Shown here piece by piece: positions 62,877 to 64,000 of a stretch of 64,000 nucleotides of DNA. The notes beneath the pieces were generated by a model. That model saw only the letters and a program-made list of their open reading frames with translations. It was not told where the DNA came from and did no database searches. Each line of letters begins with the position of its first letter. Within the stretch, counting starts at the first letter, position 1. Where the stretch lies: the IMG/VR virus record IMGVR_UViG_3300031787_007614, positions 62,001 to 126,000 of that record; one strand, given 5' to 3'. Made by a program: the position numbers and the translations under genes.

Positions 62877-63460
62877 TCTCGTTTGATTAATATTTTATCA
62901 GCAAGGCCATATTCAACTGCTTCGCCAGCAGTCATGAAATTGTCACGTTCCATATCAGCTTTGAGTTGTTTGTGGGGTTTGCCAGTGTGTTTGACATAGA
63001 TATCAGTCAACACAGTTTTCCAACGCAATAGTTCTCGAGCTTGAATTTCCACGTCTGTGGCCTGACCCGATGCGCCGCCCAGGGGTTGATGGATCATGTG
63101 GCGTGCATTGGGCAGGATGTAGCGATTGCCCTTGTCGCCAGCAGCGGCCAACAACGAGCCCATGCTGGCAGCCTGCCCCATCACAATAGTGTGAATTTTG
63201 GGCTTGATAAAGTTCATGGTATCGTAAATGGCCATACCTGCTGTGACTGATCCGCCGGGTGAGTTGATGTACAAGCTGATGGCTTTGTCGGGGTTGTCAC
63301 TTTCCAAAAACAATAACTGCGCACAGATCAAGCTGGCTGTGTGTTGGGTGACTTCTCCGTCCAGCATGATCACACGATCTTTGAGCAAGCGGCTGTAAAG
63401 GTCGTAACTGCGTTCGCCTCGGGAAGTGTTTTCGATAACAATTGGCACTAGATTTGACAT
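62873..63460 (-). CDS. clpP: ATP-dependent Clp protease proteolytic subunit
   Basis: [28 protein letters not shown] (Ser), MIHQP (His), ERD (Asp); start MSNLVP. Confidence 0.96.
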   Translation of the reverse strand: MSNLVPIVIENTSRGERSYDLYSRLLKDRVIMLDGEVTQHTASLICAQLLFLESDNPDKAISLYINSPGGSVTAGMAIYDTMNFIKPKIHTIVMGQAASMGSLLAAAGDKGNRYILPNARHMIHQPLGGASGQATDVEIQARELLRWKTVLTDIYVKHTGKPHKQLKADMERDNFMTAGEAVEYGLADKILIKRD

Positions 63461-63483
63461 GGGGTCTCCTGGTTGATTGCATA

Positions 63484-63512
63484 AGTATAGCATTATTCTC
63501 GGAAGAAAACAA
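63484..63512 (-). promoter_or_regulatory. sigma70-type promoter for clpP
   Basis: TTGTTT-N17-TATACT. Confidence 0.5.
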
Positions 63513-64000
63513 TGCGTGATCTACTCAATTTACTCGACAACATACTGACTGAAGAAGTCAACGCTCAATTTGCCCCTGAACTTGAAGGCATGAAAGACGT
63601 GATTTCTAGAAGAATCAAGGATCTTCCAGACGACCCTGCTACTGCAAAAGCTCTTAAAGAAATTGAAGATCTGCTGTCGCATATTTCACATGGTGGAAGA
63701 ATGGGATCAATCAGTAAAGAAATTGAAGCTGTGCAAGATCAAGCTGTGCAAGATGCTAAAAAAGTTCTGGCAAGACTAGCAATGAACATCATGGAAGAAG
63801 TTGGTGCCACGCCGTTGCAACGTGCTGATTTTTTCAATACCTGGAAAAGCGATCGGTTGGTCAACACCCAGGCCCTGCTGAGCAATGAAAAAGTTGACTT
63901 TCCTGTGGTATTCACTGGTTATACTGAAAATCCAGTCACAAAAGAATTTGTTGACGAAGTTATGATGATCCAGGAATTAGGCATGGGACGAGGCGAATTT
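63512..64000 (+). CDS. probable internal head protein, truncated by the window edge
   Basis: 163 open codons [15 protein letters not shown]...GMGRGEF; N-terminal L-x-E propeptide-like segment. Confidence 0.7.
   Translation, partial: MRDLLNLLDNILTEEVNAQFAPELEGMKDVISRRIKDLPDDPATAKALKEIEDLLSHISHGGRMGSISKEIEAVQDQAVQDAKKVLARLAMNIMEEVGATPLQRADFFNTWKSDRLVNTQALLSNEKVDFPVVFTGYTENPVTKEFVDEVMMIQELGMGRGEF

Noticed and set aside
1-64000. Stop-codon reassignment, as seen in some jumbo phages
   Set aside because: Known genes are full length under the standard code, and TAA, TAG and TGA all act as stops.
1-64000. Bacterial chromosome or prophage origin (clpA, clpP, nadE, infA, fabF-like genes)
   Set aside because: These genes are interspersed with virion, lysis and clamp-loader genes and with phage-style promoters; there is no bacterial operon context, integrase or att site.

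Overview
This 64-kb window is part of a large dsDNA tailed phage genome (jumbo-like, loosely T4-like gene content, standard genetic code, very dense coding, mostly minus strand). The host is probably a diderm proteobacterium, possibly a betaproteobacterium. Contents from left to right: (i) phage proteostasis genes (ClpA, DnaJ; GroES and ClpP further on); (ii) a dispersed lysis set (3-TM holin, GH19 endolysin, separated i- and o-spanins) interleaved with virion genes, including an S8 subtilase; (iii) a CysC-like kinase/HxGH nucleotidyltransferase fusion, a 2OG-Fe(II) oxygenase, two radical SAM enzymes, an SDR, PhoH, a HAD phosphatase, a clamp loader and a DnaE fragment; (iv) about 14 kb of baseplate and tail-fibre genes; (v) host-takeover and metabolic genes (ErpA, Fe/Mn-SOD, IF-1, NadE, YccA/BI-1, SleB, S11 peptidase, metallophosphoesterase); (vi) an early region of many small genes, many fronted by a conserved repeated sigma70 promoter/RBS element. 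The strongest candidate for an undescribed system is a translationally coupled ACP / membrane desaturase / NodE-like ketosynthase cassette (40299-42480), possibly linked to a minimal malonyl-CoA-decarboxylase-like GNAT (59539-59976). Other notable items: promoter-repeat-bounded single-gene cassettes, an SOD with an apparent capsid-targeting propeptide, a repeat-bounded module in an internal head polyprotein, a Cys-initiated C-terminal domain on a tail fibre, and a promoter embedded in a terminator. All family assignments come from motif recognition by eye; no database searches were run.
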